From IMG/VR virus record IMGVR_UViG_3300006641_000147, positions 1 through 26,719 of that record: a stretch of DNA of 26,719 bases. One strand, given 5' to 3'. This stretch comes from a virus (Duplodnaviria; Caudoviricetes). Positions 7,265-16,145 of the stretch are shown here, piece by piece. The notes beneath the pieces are model-generated. The model was given only the letters and a program-made list of their open reading frames with translations, was not told where the DNA came from and made no database searches. Position 1 is the stretch's first letter. The number at the start of each line of letters is the position of its first letter. The position numbers and the translations under genes were made by a program.

Positions 7265-9648
7265 TGCGCTCCAGACTGCGGAGCGCGGCCGCCCCTAGTT
7301 ACTTGGCCGGCTTTTGTACCGGTGGTTGCGCCGGTTGTTTTTGCTCGGGTTGCGCGGCTGGCTGTTCCGGTGCCGGAGAGCTCGCGCTCGAGGAGCGTCT
7401 CAAGTTCGCGCCGTAAAGGATCGAAGTCGGCTGCGGCGCGTCCGAGACCGAGGTCTGCCAGCCTTCCCAGATAAGCTTGCCCATCTTTATCCTTCGTCCA
7501 ATCGTTGCGGGCTTTGATCAGGTCGGCTTCATATCCACGAACTCGAACCTGGAACTGAAGCCCGCTGACCATTTGTGACAATGGCCCTTCAATCGCTGAT
7601 TGTACGCTGGACATTCGCCCTTCGCCACCTTTATCAACAAGCACGCGGATTCCTACCTGCCCTTCTGCTGTGCGGATTGGCTGATATCCAACAAACAGCC
7701 CGGTCGGGTCTGCTGCCATGACCTTCGCCCAGAAGTCCCTAAGCCCAGCATCGTTAGCCAGGTTGGCGCTGCCGTCTTCAACAAAGTCGATTGCAATCGC
7801 CTTGGGGTTCTTGGTCATTCCTTTGACGCTGTTTACCCAAACCTCTGTTTGTTGCAGCAGATAGCCAAGCAAATTGGCGGTCATCTCTGAGCCCTGCTTG
7901 GTGGCCAGCGCCTGTGCAACCGTGGCCGGATTCTGGAATGTCTGCCACCCGCCAGTGCCATGCACCATGCCGGTTACATCAACGCCGGTCATTCGGCTGG
8001 CTTGTTGAATCGCTTTGGCGGTAACGGTCTCGGTGATCTTTGCCTGTCTGTCTTGCGGCAGCGCAGCAAATTGAGCGCCGTATCGTTGTGCCCAGGGAGA
8101 CCCTTCGCCTGGCGCAACTTCCATTGAAATCCTGCGAAGGTTTCTTTCAAGCGCGGTGGTCGTGTCTTCTGCGGCATTCGCTGTCAGCTTGGTCATAGCC
8201 ATCCAGCCAACTGCCTGCACCTCGTGAGGCTTCCAATCGTTTCGGCCCTGCCATCCGATGTCGTTCAAGTGCTGCGTCAATGCACGCCCGAAATCAGCCC
8301 GATTCTCGTATTGAGTATCGGTTGGCCCAGCTTGGAAGTCGGTTTTGATGTTGTTGCGATCAACGCGATAACCGACTCGCTCCAAGTGATTCAAGAGAAT
8401 AGGATCGACCAACCCGGTGTCTCGAGCGGTGTGAATGTCAACGACAAACGGTGCGCCGCCAATCTGGTTGTTGCCGTAATAAGACCTCAATGTCTGCCCT
8501 TCCGCAGAGTCAACAAAGTCTGAAATCTTCGGCCCAACACCTTCTGTGATTGGTTCGCCACGCAGAGCACGTCTAGCCGCAACCGTTGCACCAGGAAGGC
8601 CGCCGGCTCGCATTGCGTCTTCTGGCACTCCTCGGGCAAATTGCTCTGCTTGTAAAAGCACATTGTTGAAAGCGCCATCGACGCCAATGTTTTGGTTTGC
8701 CACTAGCCATGCCCGCATATAAGCATCGGCTTTCGGCGTATCGTTGTTGGTGTACTTGAGGAACATGTCGCGAACATCCGCATACCAATTGGCATACTGA
8801 CGGATCTCTTCTGGCTTGAGCATTGACTCAGTGCGGGTGATCCAATCTTGCGGCGTGATATTCCCAATGGCGAACGGAGGGAGGTTGCTACCCTCTGGTG
8901 GCTCAATGACAACACGGTCATTCTTTGGCCCACCTGGCAGCGGTTTGCCGTTTTGCAAGGCAACCATGCGTTGCGTCTTTAACCGTGCGCGGTCTGCAGT
9001 ATCCGCAGCAGGAAACACCAACCCCTGGCGCTGAACAGCCTGCCCTCCGGCTGGCGCAACATCAAGCAACAGCCCCTGCTTGCGCAGGAAATCTTCTGCT
9101 AGCTCTCCGGCCTTCGGCGCGAGCTCGCGGCCGATTGCAGCGCCAGCCTGCGCAGTGGCTTTGCCGAGTCCGAGCGCCGTCTTGCCGCCACCGAATAACT
9201 CGCCCACCGTCTCGGTAACACCAGCCGATTCGCGCCGGATCTGATCGGTCTCGCCAGCCGGCACCAGCGGAACACCCAGCGTCTCGTCGAGGAACTTCTT
9301 CACGTCCTCGGTGGTGGGCAGGATGGTCGCGCCCTTGGTACCGCGTAGGAACGCATCGAGGCGGCCTTCGCCAGGGTTGGGGCTGGCCGCTGCAGCAAGA
9401 CCGCGCCCCAGCGAGATCAAGTCGCCAGGCAGGCCGATCGTGCCCTGCACAGCGCCCTTGGCCAGGCCAGCAGGAACATCCATCGCCATCTTGCCGAACG
9501 TCGACAGCGGGATGTTCTTGGCATCCTCTGGCAGCGTCATCATCGTCGCCGCCTCCTGCAGGTCTGGCGCGGCCGGCTCGTCAGGGTAGGTGGCCTTGAG
9601 ATAGCCGTCGATGATCCGCTGCTCAAACGGCGTATAGACTTCGCTCAT
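7261..9648 (-). CDS. Internal virion protein carrying a putative HhH-GPD (DNA glycosylase-like) domain
   Basis: 795 aa, ATGA-coupled on both sides within the ejection block. Gly/Ala-rich N-terminus. Central 'GVGPKISDF...FVVDIHTARD...EVQAVGW'. Confidence 0.6.
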   Translation of the reverse strand: MSEVYTPFEQRIIDGYLKATYPDEPAAPDLQEAATMMTLPEDAKNIPLSTFGKMAMDVPAGLAKGAVQGTIGLPGDLISLGRGLAAAASPNPGEGRLDAFLRGTKGATILPTTEDVKKFLDETLGVPLVPAGETDQIRRESAGVTETVGELFGGGKTALGLGKATAQAGAAIGRELAPKAGELAEDFLRKQGLLLDVAPAGGQAVQRQGLVFPAADTADRARLKTQRMVALQNGKPLPGGPKNDRVVIEPPEGSNLPPFAIGNITPQDWITRTESMLKPEEIRQYANWYADVRDMFLKYTNNDTPKADAYMRAWLVANQNIGVDGAFNNVLLQAEQFARGVPEDAMRAGGLPGATVAARRALRGEPITEGVGPKISDFVDSAEGQTLRSYYGNNQIGGAPFVVDIHTARDTGLVDPILLNHLERVGYRVDRNNIKTDFQAGPTDTQYENRADFGRALTQHLNDIGWQGRNDWKPHEVQAVGWMAMTKLTANAAEDTTTALERNLRRISMEVAPGEGSPWAQRYGAQFAALPQDRQAKITETVTAKAIQQASRMTGVDVTGMVHGTGGWQTFQNPATVAQALATKQGSEMTANLLGYLLQQTEVWVNSVKGMTKNPKAIAIDFVEDGSANLANDAGLRDFWAKVMAADPTGLFVGYQPIRTAEGQVGIRVLVDKGGEGRMSSVQSAIEGPLSQMVSGLQFQVRVRGYEADLIKARNDWTKDKDGQAYLGRLADLGLGRAAADFDPLRRELETLLERELSGTGTASRATRAKTTGATTGTKAGQVTRGGRAPQSGAQ

Positions 9649-11402
9649 CGCGCCACCTCACGCAGAATGCGCTGCTGTTGCCGCAGGTAGTCAATTGGCG
9701 CTCCACCACCTGCCTCTGTTTGGCCCAGCTTTGGATACCGTTTCGCAAGATCATCCAAGTTGGTGTCTGCTGTAATTGAAATACCGGCAGGCATCATCTT
9801 TTTCCCAACTAAATCGAGCACTGTTCGCTCAATTGCGGTGGCGGCTCCTGCCTTCCGAGCGTCTGCCTTCTCTGTTCTGTCGTACTGCTGCACGGCCTGG
9901 TCGGCCAATGTGCGGAACGGGATGCGCTGGCCCGGATTGGTTGCTCGAAAGTCTTCGATCAGCGCGTCAAAGTAGCCATTGATCTTTTGCTCTTTGTCGA
10001 TCTTGTGCTGATCGTCTTTGGTGGCAAACACGCTCACAACGTCAGGGGTGCCGGATGCCCGCCTGATAAGCCTGATTGCATCAGACCGCTCGCGATCCAT
10101 CGGTTGCTTGAGCTCTGCAGCCAGATCCTTGAACTGTTCGCCATTCATGCCGTGACGGTTGGACAGCGTCAACAGTTGCCCAAAGTCGGTGATGTCTCCG
10201 CGCTGGATCGCATACTTGGCCGCAGCAAACGCATACGGATCGCCAGGCTTCTGCTTCGGGTCGAGGAACTTCTCCAGCTGCTCGATCGACATGACGTTGA
10301 GCTTGGCAGCCTCGAATGCGATCTGGCGCTGCCGAGTGGGCGGCGTGCCAGGCGTGAAGTATTCGATCATCAGGTCGTTGACCTTGATGTCGCGCTGGCG
10401 CTTATCCAGTTTCTCTGCATCCTCGCGCTGGGAAATGCGGGCAGACACCTCTGCGCGGAACGTCTTGACGATGTCATCGACTGCAGCCTGGTCAGTCGCA
10501 ACCAGGCCGATCAGCATGTTGTTGTACTTGTTGCCCATGCCGAGCGATCCGCTGCGGATGTCGGCGATCGTCTGCGTGGTGTTGGTGAAGTAGGCGTCGT
10601 TCTGCAGCTGGTTGGTGATGACCGAGACCTTTGCGGCCCTGACCATCTTCTCGAACTTGTCACTGTACTCCTTCTGCACGCCGAGGTTGCCCAGCGTCAA
10701 CGCGGTCGTGCTGATGTTCCGGCGATGAATGTCAGCCAGCGCATCGAACTGATCGGGCACCTGCGTCGCAGCGGCATAGAGCAGCTTGCCGACGTTGTCG
10801 ATGTCCATGTCCAGCTTGATGAGCTTCTGCTGCTGCTCGCGCTTCATCTGCGCTTCGTAGGCCGCATTCAGCACGGTGTTGCCGTGCGTGGCCATCGTCG
10901 CCCGGAACTTGATGGCAGCCTCTGGATCCTGGCTGGCCAGCGCCTTGCTGTATCCATCGGTGAACGTGGCGATCTTCTGGCTGATCTGCTCGCCAGTTGC
11001 CTTACCGCTCTGGATCTCAGTCAGCATCTTCGAGAGCTCGTTGCGTCCCTCGATCTCAAAATGGCTCGCCAGCTGCAGCCCGCGGGCCTTGCGCAGCGCG
11101 TCGGTGTAGATGTTGCCCGCCAGGCCAGGGACGATCGTCGCGCCGTTCTTAGCGAGCTCAATCTGCTCCGGCGTGATCGGGTTGTCGGCGGCGAACTGCA
11201 GCGCCTCTTGCTGTGCGAGCTTGCCGGCCTGCTGAAACGCACTCTCGCTCATGCGGTCGAGCATCTGCGCCAGCGTGCCTGCTTGCTGGGCTGCAGCGCG
11301 TGCGGCGATCGGCTCGGCAACCTGCAGCTGCGGCTGCGCCATCGGCACGCCGCCCTGCGCACCGCGCAACATGATCTGACCGGATTCGAGCATCGTCGCC
11401 AT
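9645..11402 (-). CDS. Internal virion/ejection protein (gp15-position analogue)
   Basis: 585 aa, Gln/Ala-rich and helical. Coupled to its neighbours downstream of the tail nozzle gene. Confidence 0.65.
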   Translation of the reverse strand: MATMLESGQIMLRGAQGGVPMAQPQLQVAEPIAARAAAQQAGTLAQMLDRMSESAFQQAGKLAQQEALQFAADNPITPEQIELAKNGATIVPGLAGNIYTDALRKARGLQLASHFEIEGRNELSKMLTEIQSGKATGEQISQKIATFTDGYSKALASQDPEAAIKFRATMATHGNTVLNAAYEAQMKREQQQKLIKLDMDIDNVGKLLYAAATQVPDQFDALADIHRRNISTTALTLGNLGVQKEYSDKFEKMVRAAKVSVITNQLQNDAYFTNTTQTIADIRSGSLGMGNKYNNMLIGLVATDQAAVDDIVKTFRAEVSARISQREDAEKLDKRQRDIKVNDLMIEYFTPGTPPTRQRQIAFEAAKLNVMSIEQLEKFLDPKQKPGDPYAFAAAKYAIQRGDITDFGQLLTLSNRHGMNGEQFKDLAAELKQPMDRERSDAIRLIRRASGTPDVVSVFATKDDQHKIDKEQKINGYFDALIEDFRATNPGQRIPFRTLADQAVQQYDRTEKADARKAGAATAIERTVLDLVGKKMMPAGISITADTNLDDLAKRYPKLGQTEAGGGAPIDYLRQQQRILREVAR

Positions 11403-12061
11403 CAGAGCGTCCTCGCAGCGCCAATAAGGCCTTGTGTCAACGTCGCGCCAGCAAGTAGACCGCCAGTCCGGCGAGCAGTGGCTGCAGCGAACTCAAGCCC
11501 ACCTGCCTGTCGCTGGGCCTGGAAGCGCGACAGAGTCGCCTGCAGTTCTGTCGACTGCAGCATGGCGCTGGCATCCTCAAATCCGAGCACCTGCGCCGTC
11601 AGCGCGTTGAGCTCGGCAATGTCCACATCGCGCATCACGGCCTGCACGTTCGCCGTCTGGATGCCCTGGATGCTGCCCTCGCCGAGCGCCACCCCAGACG
11701 CAGCCGCCCGAGCACGCGCCGCCGCATTCGTCTTGCGGAGATTGCGCAGCAACGTGTTGCCAGCGATCTTGTAGTTCATCGCCTCCATGTCGGCACGTCG
11801 CAGCATGCGGCCGGCCTGGATGGTTGCGTACTGCTCTGATAGGTCTGCGCGAATCTCGGTCACCGCGAGCGTGTCGCGGGCCTGCACTAGGTAGGCCGTC
11901 TGCTGGTTGATCGCTTGCGCTTGCTGCGCTTGCGCTGCGCCATACGCGCCGATCAGGCCAGCGACGCCATACATCTGCCCAGTGGACAGGAACGGAGCGG
12001 CTGCGGCTGCAGCTGGTGCGCCTCCTACAGAACCCGGATCGTAGCCACCAACGTCGGCCAT
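11402..12061 (-). CDS. Internal virion/ejection protein (gp14-like)
   Basis: Likely start at ATG 12061 (MADVGG), just after the nozzle stop. The 'ARAAASGVALGEGS' motif and Ala/Gln-rich helices with hydrophobic Gly-rich ends are typical of gp14-like proteins. Confidence 0.7.
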   Translation of the reverse strand: MADVGGYDPGSVGGAPAAAAAAPFLSTGQMYGVAGLIGAYGAAQAQQAQAINQQTAYLVQARDTLAVTEIRADLSEQYATIQAGRMLRRADMEAMNYKIAGNTLLRNLRKTNAAARARAAASGVALGEGSIQGIQTANVQAVMRDVDIAELNALTAQVLGFEDASAMLQSTELQATLSRFQAQRQAGGLEFAAATARRTGGLLAGATLTQGLIGAARTL

Positions 12062-12062
12062 C

Positions 12063-14336
12063 CTATGTCCCCGAATAAACCGCGATGCGGTAGTCAAGAC
12101 CCAGCAGCGTCATCTTGAGCGGCAGCGTCTGCGAGATCTCGATCGCCTGCTCGCGGTCGTAGCCCAGCACACCGTTCACGCGCTTGATGCCGGTGAAGGT
12201 CGGCACCGGCTCGTCGAGCAGCGGGTTGTCCATCAGCCGGAACGCAACCGGCTGGTTGTTGATCTCGAGCTCCTGCGTGTCCTTCACCACCGCACTGATC
12301 TCGACGATCCGCTTCTTGAAACTCACGCGGCTGCCGGTCTGCAGCTGGATCTCAGCCGGCATCGTCTTGGCGTACACGGTGAACGGCAGGCCGACCTCGT
12401 AGCTGAAGACCGAGGCCCGGTCGAACGTCACGGTTCCGGATCCGCTCACCACCTCGTTGCCCTGCGGCACGCCGTCGCAGATCACGTTCACCGTCTTGCG
12501 GGTCATCACCAGGCTGGACGCGCTAGCAGCAGCGCCGCCGGTCACCGCGCAGTCGGTGTACACCGCATCGTCAAACAGTTCGATCAGGTACTTGGTGCCC
12601 GCGAACTCCTGCACGATGCCATCACCGCCCTCGGTCAGGATCTCGCTCCCAGACTCGAGCAGCAGCGCACCGGAGGCCACGCGCTCGGCCACCGTGTAGA
12701 TGTCTGTCACGTCCACGCCAACATCGATGAACTCGCCATCGGTCACGAACTCAGACGGCGCGGTGATCTGCTGGCTGCGCATGATGCTGAACGCCGCCAT
12801 CGTGCCGTCGGTGGTGTTGGTGAGCAGCAGAAGGTCGGCCTCGTCGGTGCTGGTGGCGCGTCTGATCGCCATCCGCTGCGGCCCTTTGAGCAGATGCCCC
12901 GACAGCAGCGAGATCCGCTGCGTGATGTAGGTCTGCTGCGTGTCCGTGAAGACGAACTCGTTGAGCGATTTGCCCTGGCGCTGGATGAACACCGTGCCGC
13001 TCTCGACCGACTGCACCCGCGTGCCAGGCTTGATGCCATTGCGGCTCACGTTCTTGAACGTGAACGTCAACGGGGTGATCGGATCTGATCCCTGCTGCGG
13101 GACGAAGAACTCGCCGCCAGTTGTGAAGACCTGGAAGTCCCGGCCGCTGATGATGTCGGTGATGACGTTCAGATCATTCGTGTCGAGCGTCGCCTCGACC
13201 GCATCGTCGTCCAAGTTCTCGGTCGGCACGAACTCGTAGAAGAGCCCGATCTTCGATCCCCAGATCGTGCTGGGCCTTGATTTGCTGCCGCCAAAGAACA
13301 GCCGTCCCTCGTGGAAGCTCACCGTCCTCGGCCACCCGCGATTGGCAGACCAGACATCCTCGTAGTTGTGCTCGAGCTCCCAGCTGCCGGCAGCAACCGC
13401 CGACGTGTTGAAGAACGGGTATTCGACCACCGCGTTGACCACGCTCGCGCTGACGTACTGGACAATCCGCGCACGGCCCTGCGGGCTCACGTTGACGTAC
13501 TGATTGACCGATTGCGTCGTCCATGTCGTGAGCGAGTAGGTGCTGGTGTTGTCGGGCGCGGGCGAGAATGCGACATCCACCGTCGCGACTTTGGTTGAGC
13601 CGACATAGTCATCGATGAGCCTGACCTGACCCGATCCAGTGCCGCCAGTGATTGTGACGTACATTCCGTTGTACAGATCATCGGTCGCGCTGGCAGTAGC
13701 CTTCAGCGTGATCGTTGCCGTAGTTCCGGCCTGCGCTGTCCCGGTGTCATGGTGCGTGGTCGAAGAGGTCAGTGTGATATTCCCGCTCACCGCGCTCGGC
13801 GTCAGTGTCGAAGCATTGTTCGTGTGGAAGTCGATGTTGAATGCGTACTTCGGGATGCTGTCGAACGTGATCGTGGTGGCCGTCCAGGCGCTGTCGCTGG
13901 TGCGCTGGATCTGCACCGGCTGCAGGTCGGGATGCACCACGATCAGCGTGTCAGCCGATTGTGTCCAACACATGTCGTCGACAATCGCGCTGGTGATGCT
14001 CGAGACAGACAGGTAGTTGTTGCCGGTGCCATTGATGTTGGTCACCAGTGCCCCGTTCTTGATGACGTACATGCGCTGATGCACGAAGCAGAGCATGTAA
14101 CTGTCGTCGACAGAGAACTGGAACGACACCAGGCGCACACCGTCCGAGGCGTTGCTCGGGAGCTCTGCGACGTACTTGGTACCAGGCCGGCGGCGCATGC
14201 CACCCTGCGGCTGGATCAGGACATTGGTCGCCTTGGCCAGCGCGTTGTTGTAGGCCTGCAGGTCGACTCGGGCCCGCAGCAGGGGATCGAGCTCGCCCGT
14301 CGAGAAGTTGCTCTGCAGGTCGACGAAGCGCGGCAT
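12063..14336 (-). CDS. Tail tubular protein B / nozzle (T7 gp12, P22 gp10-like)
   Basis: The N-terminus 'QSNFSTGELDPLLRARVD...NVLIQPQGGMRRRPGT' and the beta-propeller motif 'GWPRTVSFHEGRLFFGGS' are diagnostic. 757 aa, follows tubular A. Confidence 0.9.
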   Translation of the reverse strand: MPRFVDLQSNFSTGELDPLLRARVDLQAYNNALAKATNVLIQPQGGMRRRPGTKYVAELPSNASDGVRLVSFQFSVDDSYMLCFVHQRMYVIKNGALVTNINGTGNNYLSVSSITSAIVDDMCWTQSADTLIVVHPDLQPVQIQRTSDSAWTATTITFDSIPKYAFNIDFHTNNASTLTPSAVSGNITLTSSTTHHDTGTAQAGTTATITLKATASATDDLYNGMYVTITGGTGSGQVRLIDDYVGSTKVATVDVAFSPAPDNTSTYSLTTWTTQSVNQYVNVSPQGRARIVQYVSASVVNAVVEYPFFNTSAVAAGSWELEHNYEDVWSANRGWPRTVSFHEGRLFFGGSKSRPSTIWGSKIGLFYEFVPTENLDDDAVEATLDTNDLNVITDIISGRDFQVFTTGGEFFVPQQGSDPITPLTFTFKNVSRNGIKPGTRVQSVESGTVFIQRQGKSLNEFVFTDTQQTYITQRISLLSGHLLKGPQRMAIRRATSTDEADLLLLTNTTDGTMAAFSIMRSQQITAPSEFVTDGEFIDVGVDVTDIYTVAERVASGALLLESGSEILTEGGDGIVQEFAGTKYLIELFDDAVYTDCAVTGGAAASASSLVMTRKTVNVICDGVPQGNEVVSGSGTVTFDRASVFSYEVGLPFTVYAKTMPAEIQLQTGSRVSFKKRIVEISAVVKDTQELEINNQPVAFRLMDNPLLDEPVPTFTGIKRVNGVLGYDREQAIEISQTLPLKMTLLGLDYRIAVYSGT

Positions 14337-14950
14337 CAGTACCTCACCGCCACCAGCGTGTAGTCCTCGATCACCCGGCTCGGGTTGCCCTGTGCATCCA
14401 TCTGGCAGGCCTGCCGGAAGTAGCCCCCGCGCATGTTCTCAGCCGGGTCACCGAGTGCCACCCGCTGCCAGCGCAGAGACTTGTCCTGCTGCTCGGTGAT
14501 CGCCTCGGCAATGTGCCAGGCCATTTGGTACTTCAGCAGCTGCACGAAGTATTGCGGCATCGCGTACTCGGGCACGCTGTACTGATAGTCGATGAAGACA
14601 GCGGTCAGGTTGGTCAGCAACTGGTCGCCCTGGATCTCCCAGTCCTTGTCGATCGGGGTGCCGACGTTGCTGCTCGGGTAAACCGCCATCGGGTTGCCCA
14701 GGCGATCGCCAGGCAACTGGTAGGCATACCGCCAGTAGCTGCCGGGTGCGGTCACCAGCTGCGCCAACGCGATCTTCTTCATCGAGAAGCTCCACCGGTA
14801 CATCGTCAAGGTGGAGTCGCGAACATTGGGGTAGAGCCGGTCGCAGACCGAGCTCGAGTCGGTGCCGTCGTTGAATGAGGTGATCGCCTTTGCGCCCAGC
14901 ATGAGCAGCGCGTCCGAGCAGATCCTGACTCCCGTATCACCTGCAGCCAT
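14336..14950 (-). CDS. Tail tubular protein A / head-tail adaptor (T7 gp11-like)
   Basis: 'ICSDALLMLGAKAITSF...LYPNVRDSTL...WSF...YAYQLPGD' pattern. 204 aa, lies between the capsid and nozzle genes. Confidence 0.88.
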   Translation of the reverse strand: MAAGDTGVRICSDALLMLGAKAITSFNDGTDSSSVCDRLYPNVRDSTLTMYRWSFSMKKIALAQLVTAPGSYWRYAYQLPGDRLGNPMAVYPSSNVGTPIDKDWEIQGDQLLTNLTAVFIDYQYSVPEYAMPQYFVQLLKYQMAWHIAEAITEQQDKSLRWQRVALGDPAENMRGGYFRQACQMDAQGNPSRVIEDYTLVAVRY

Positions 14951-14967
14951 TGCGGCCCCTCAATGTG

Positions 14968-15008
14968 AGAAAGGCCAGCCTCCGCTCGAGGCGAAAGCCG
15001 GCCCTTCT
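14968..15008 (-). terminator. Long hairpin after the capsid/decoration genes (probable attenuating terminator or processing site)
   Basis: Minus strand AGAAGGGCCGGCTTTCGC-CTCGA-GCGGAGGCTGGCCTTTCT forms an 18-bp stem with 4 G-U pairs and ends in TTTCT. Confidence 0.65.
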
Positions 15009-15022
15009 GGTTGCTGCTGCTG

Positions 15023-15295
15023 TTAGTCGCTGTCGGTTACTGCAATCGACTGACCGTTCGACACGTCGACAACCGTGCCGGTATTCGACAGCACCACCAC
15101 CAGGTTAGCGGTCGGTGTTGCGGTGTCGTATACATAGATCAGATCGCCGACCTTCATCAGTGAAGCGACCGAGTTGAAATAGCCCTCGGTGTTCACGTCA
15201 GCGATCGCATCAGCCGACTGGTAAGACCAGATCTGCGGTGCGTTGCCAGCCTTGGAACCGGCGACCAATGCAAGACCAGTGCTCGAAAATGCCAT
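15023..15295 (-). CDS. Small capsid-associated (decoration/cement-like) protein, 90 aa
   Basis: True start is probably ATG 15295 (MAFSSTG) with the SD TAAGGAG overlapping the capsid stop. Beta-rich, directly after the major capsid gene. Confidence 0.7.
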   Translation of the reverse strand: MAFSSTGLALVAGSKAGNAPQIWSYQSADAIADVNTEGYFNSVASLMKVGDLIYVYDTATPTANLVVVLSNTGTVVDVSNGQSIAVTDSD

Positions 15296-15305
15296 GATCT
15301 GCTCC

Positions 15306-16145
15306 TTATTCGCGGCAGGTGATCTGAACGATGCCCTCGGCGTCGATCGCAACCGCGTTGGCCGAGAACACCTCGTTGACCAGCCAGCTGGTCTTTTCCG
15401 GGATGTAGTTGATCTCGGTGCGCATTGCGATGCCCTCGCCGTAGCCGATTGCCTGCTGATGGAACGCGAAGACCTTGCGGTCGCTCGAACCATCGATCGG
15501 CAGCCCGCCCTCGGCACGGTCGCCCAGAACGTGGAAGGTGAAGCCCAGGAACGTGTTGAGCTCGCCCTGAACCAGCGCCTTGACCGTGTTGAAGTCGCTG
15601 CTGGTGACCGAGGTCTCAGACAGCAGGTTCGACAGGCTGTTAGCGTGGATCACAATGTGACGGCCCTCGGGCGGCACGTTGTTCTTGTCGAGCAGGCGCT
15701 TCGCGTCGCGCAGCTTGGCCAGGTTCAGGTTGGTGTTCGACCCGCCGATGCTGTTCGCAACGGTGGCGGTCGTTCCCGAGTTGACCAGCGCGTCGATGAT
15801 CATCTGATCCTGACGGCGGCCGACAGCGGCGGCGACAACCTGCACAAGCTCCTGGCGCTCGTCGAAGTTGACCTTGGCCTGGCTGAAGATGTCCGAGTAT
15901 TCGGCAGCATTCCAGTCCTGCAGGGTCAGCGTGACTTGCGAGAAGCTCGCGTTGATGGGGGTTACGTCGGTCTGCGGAACGCGCAGGGTAGCGGTGCCTT
16001 TGCCGACCTTGGGAAACTTGACGATAGAACCTTCGACTCCGCGACGCGCCCGGGTGGCCCCGACAAGCATTGCCTTGCCTTGGTAGGCTTGCTTGACCTC
16101 AGCGTCGAACAGAGTGACGAAGGCATTGGAAAGACCAATAGCCAT
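15306..16145 (-). CDS. Major capsid protein
   Basis: 'FVTLFDAEVKQAYQG...FPKVGKG...EYSDIFSQAKVNFDER...GRRQDQMIIDAL...FLGFTFH' matches podoviral major capsid proteins. GAGGT SD. Follows the scaffold gene. Confidence 0.92.
   Translation of the reverse strand: MAIGLSNAFVTLFDAEVKQAYQGKAMLVGATRARRGVEGSIVKFPKVGKGTATLRVPQTDVTPINASFSQVTLTLQDWNAAEYSDIFSQAKVNFDERQELVQVVAAAVGRRQDQMIIDALVNSGTTATVANSIGGSNTNLNLAKLRDAKRLLDKNNVPPEGRHIVIHANSLSNLLSETSVTSSDFNTVKALVQGELNTFLGFTFHVLGDRAEGGLPIDGSSDRKVFAFHQQAIGYGEGIAMRTEINYIPEKTSWLVNEVFSANAVAIDAEGIVQITCRE

Noticed and set aside
9987-11774. Long plus-strand ORFs (595 aa here; also 17637-19148, 3254-4459, 6530-7474, 15243-16166)
   Set aside because: Antisense shadows of well-supported minus-strand genes, expected in GC-rich DNA. 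No recognisable motifs.
15023-15517. Decoration ORF extends upstream into the capsid gene, suggesting a T7 10B-like frameshift fusion
   Set aside because: It would need a +1/-2 shift, I see no convincing slippery site, and the small gene has its own strong SD at 15295.
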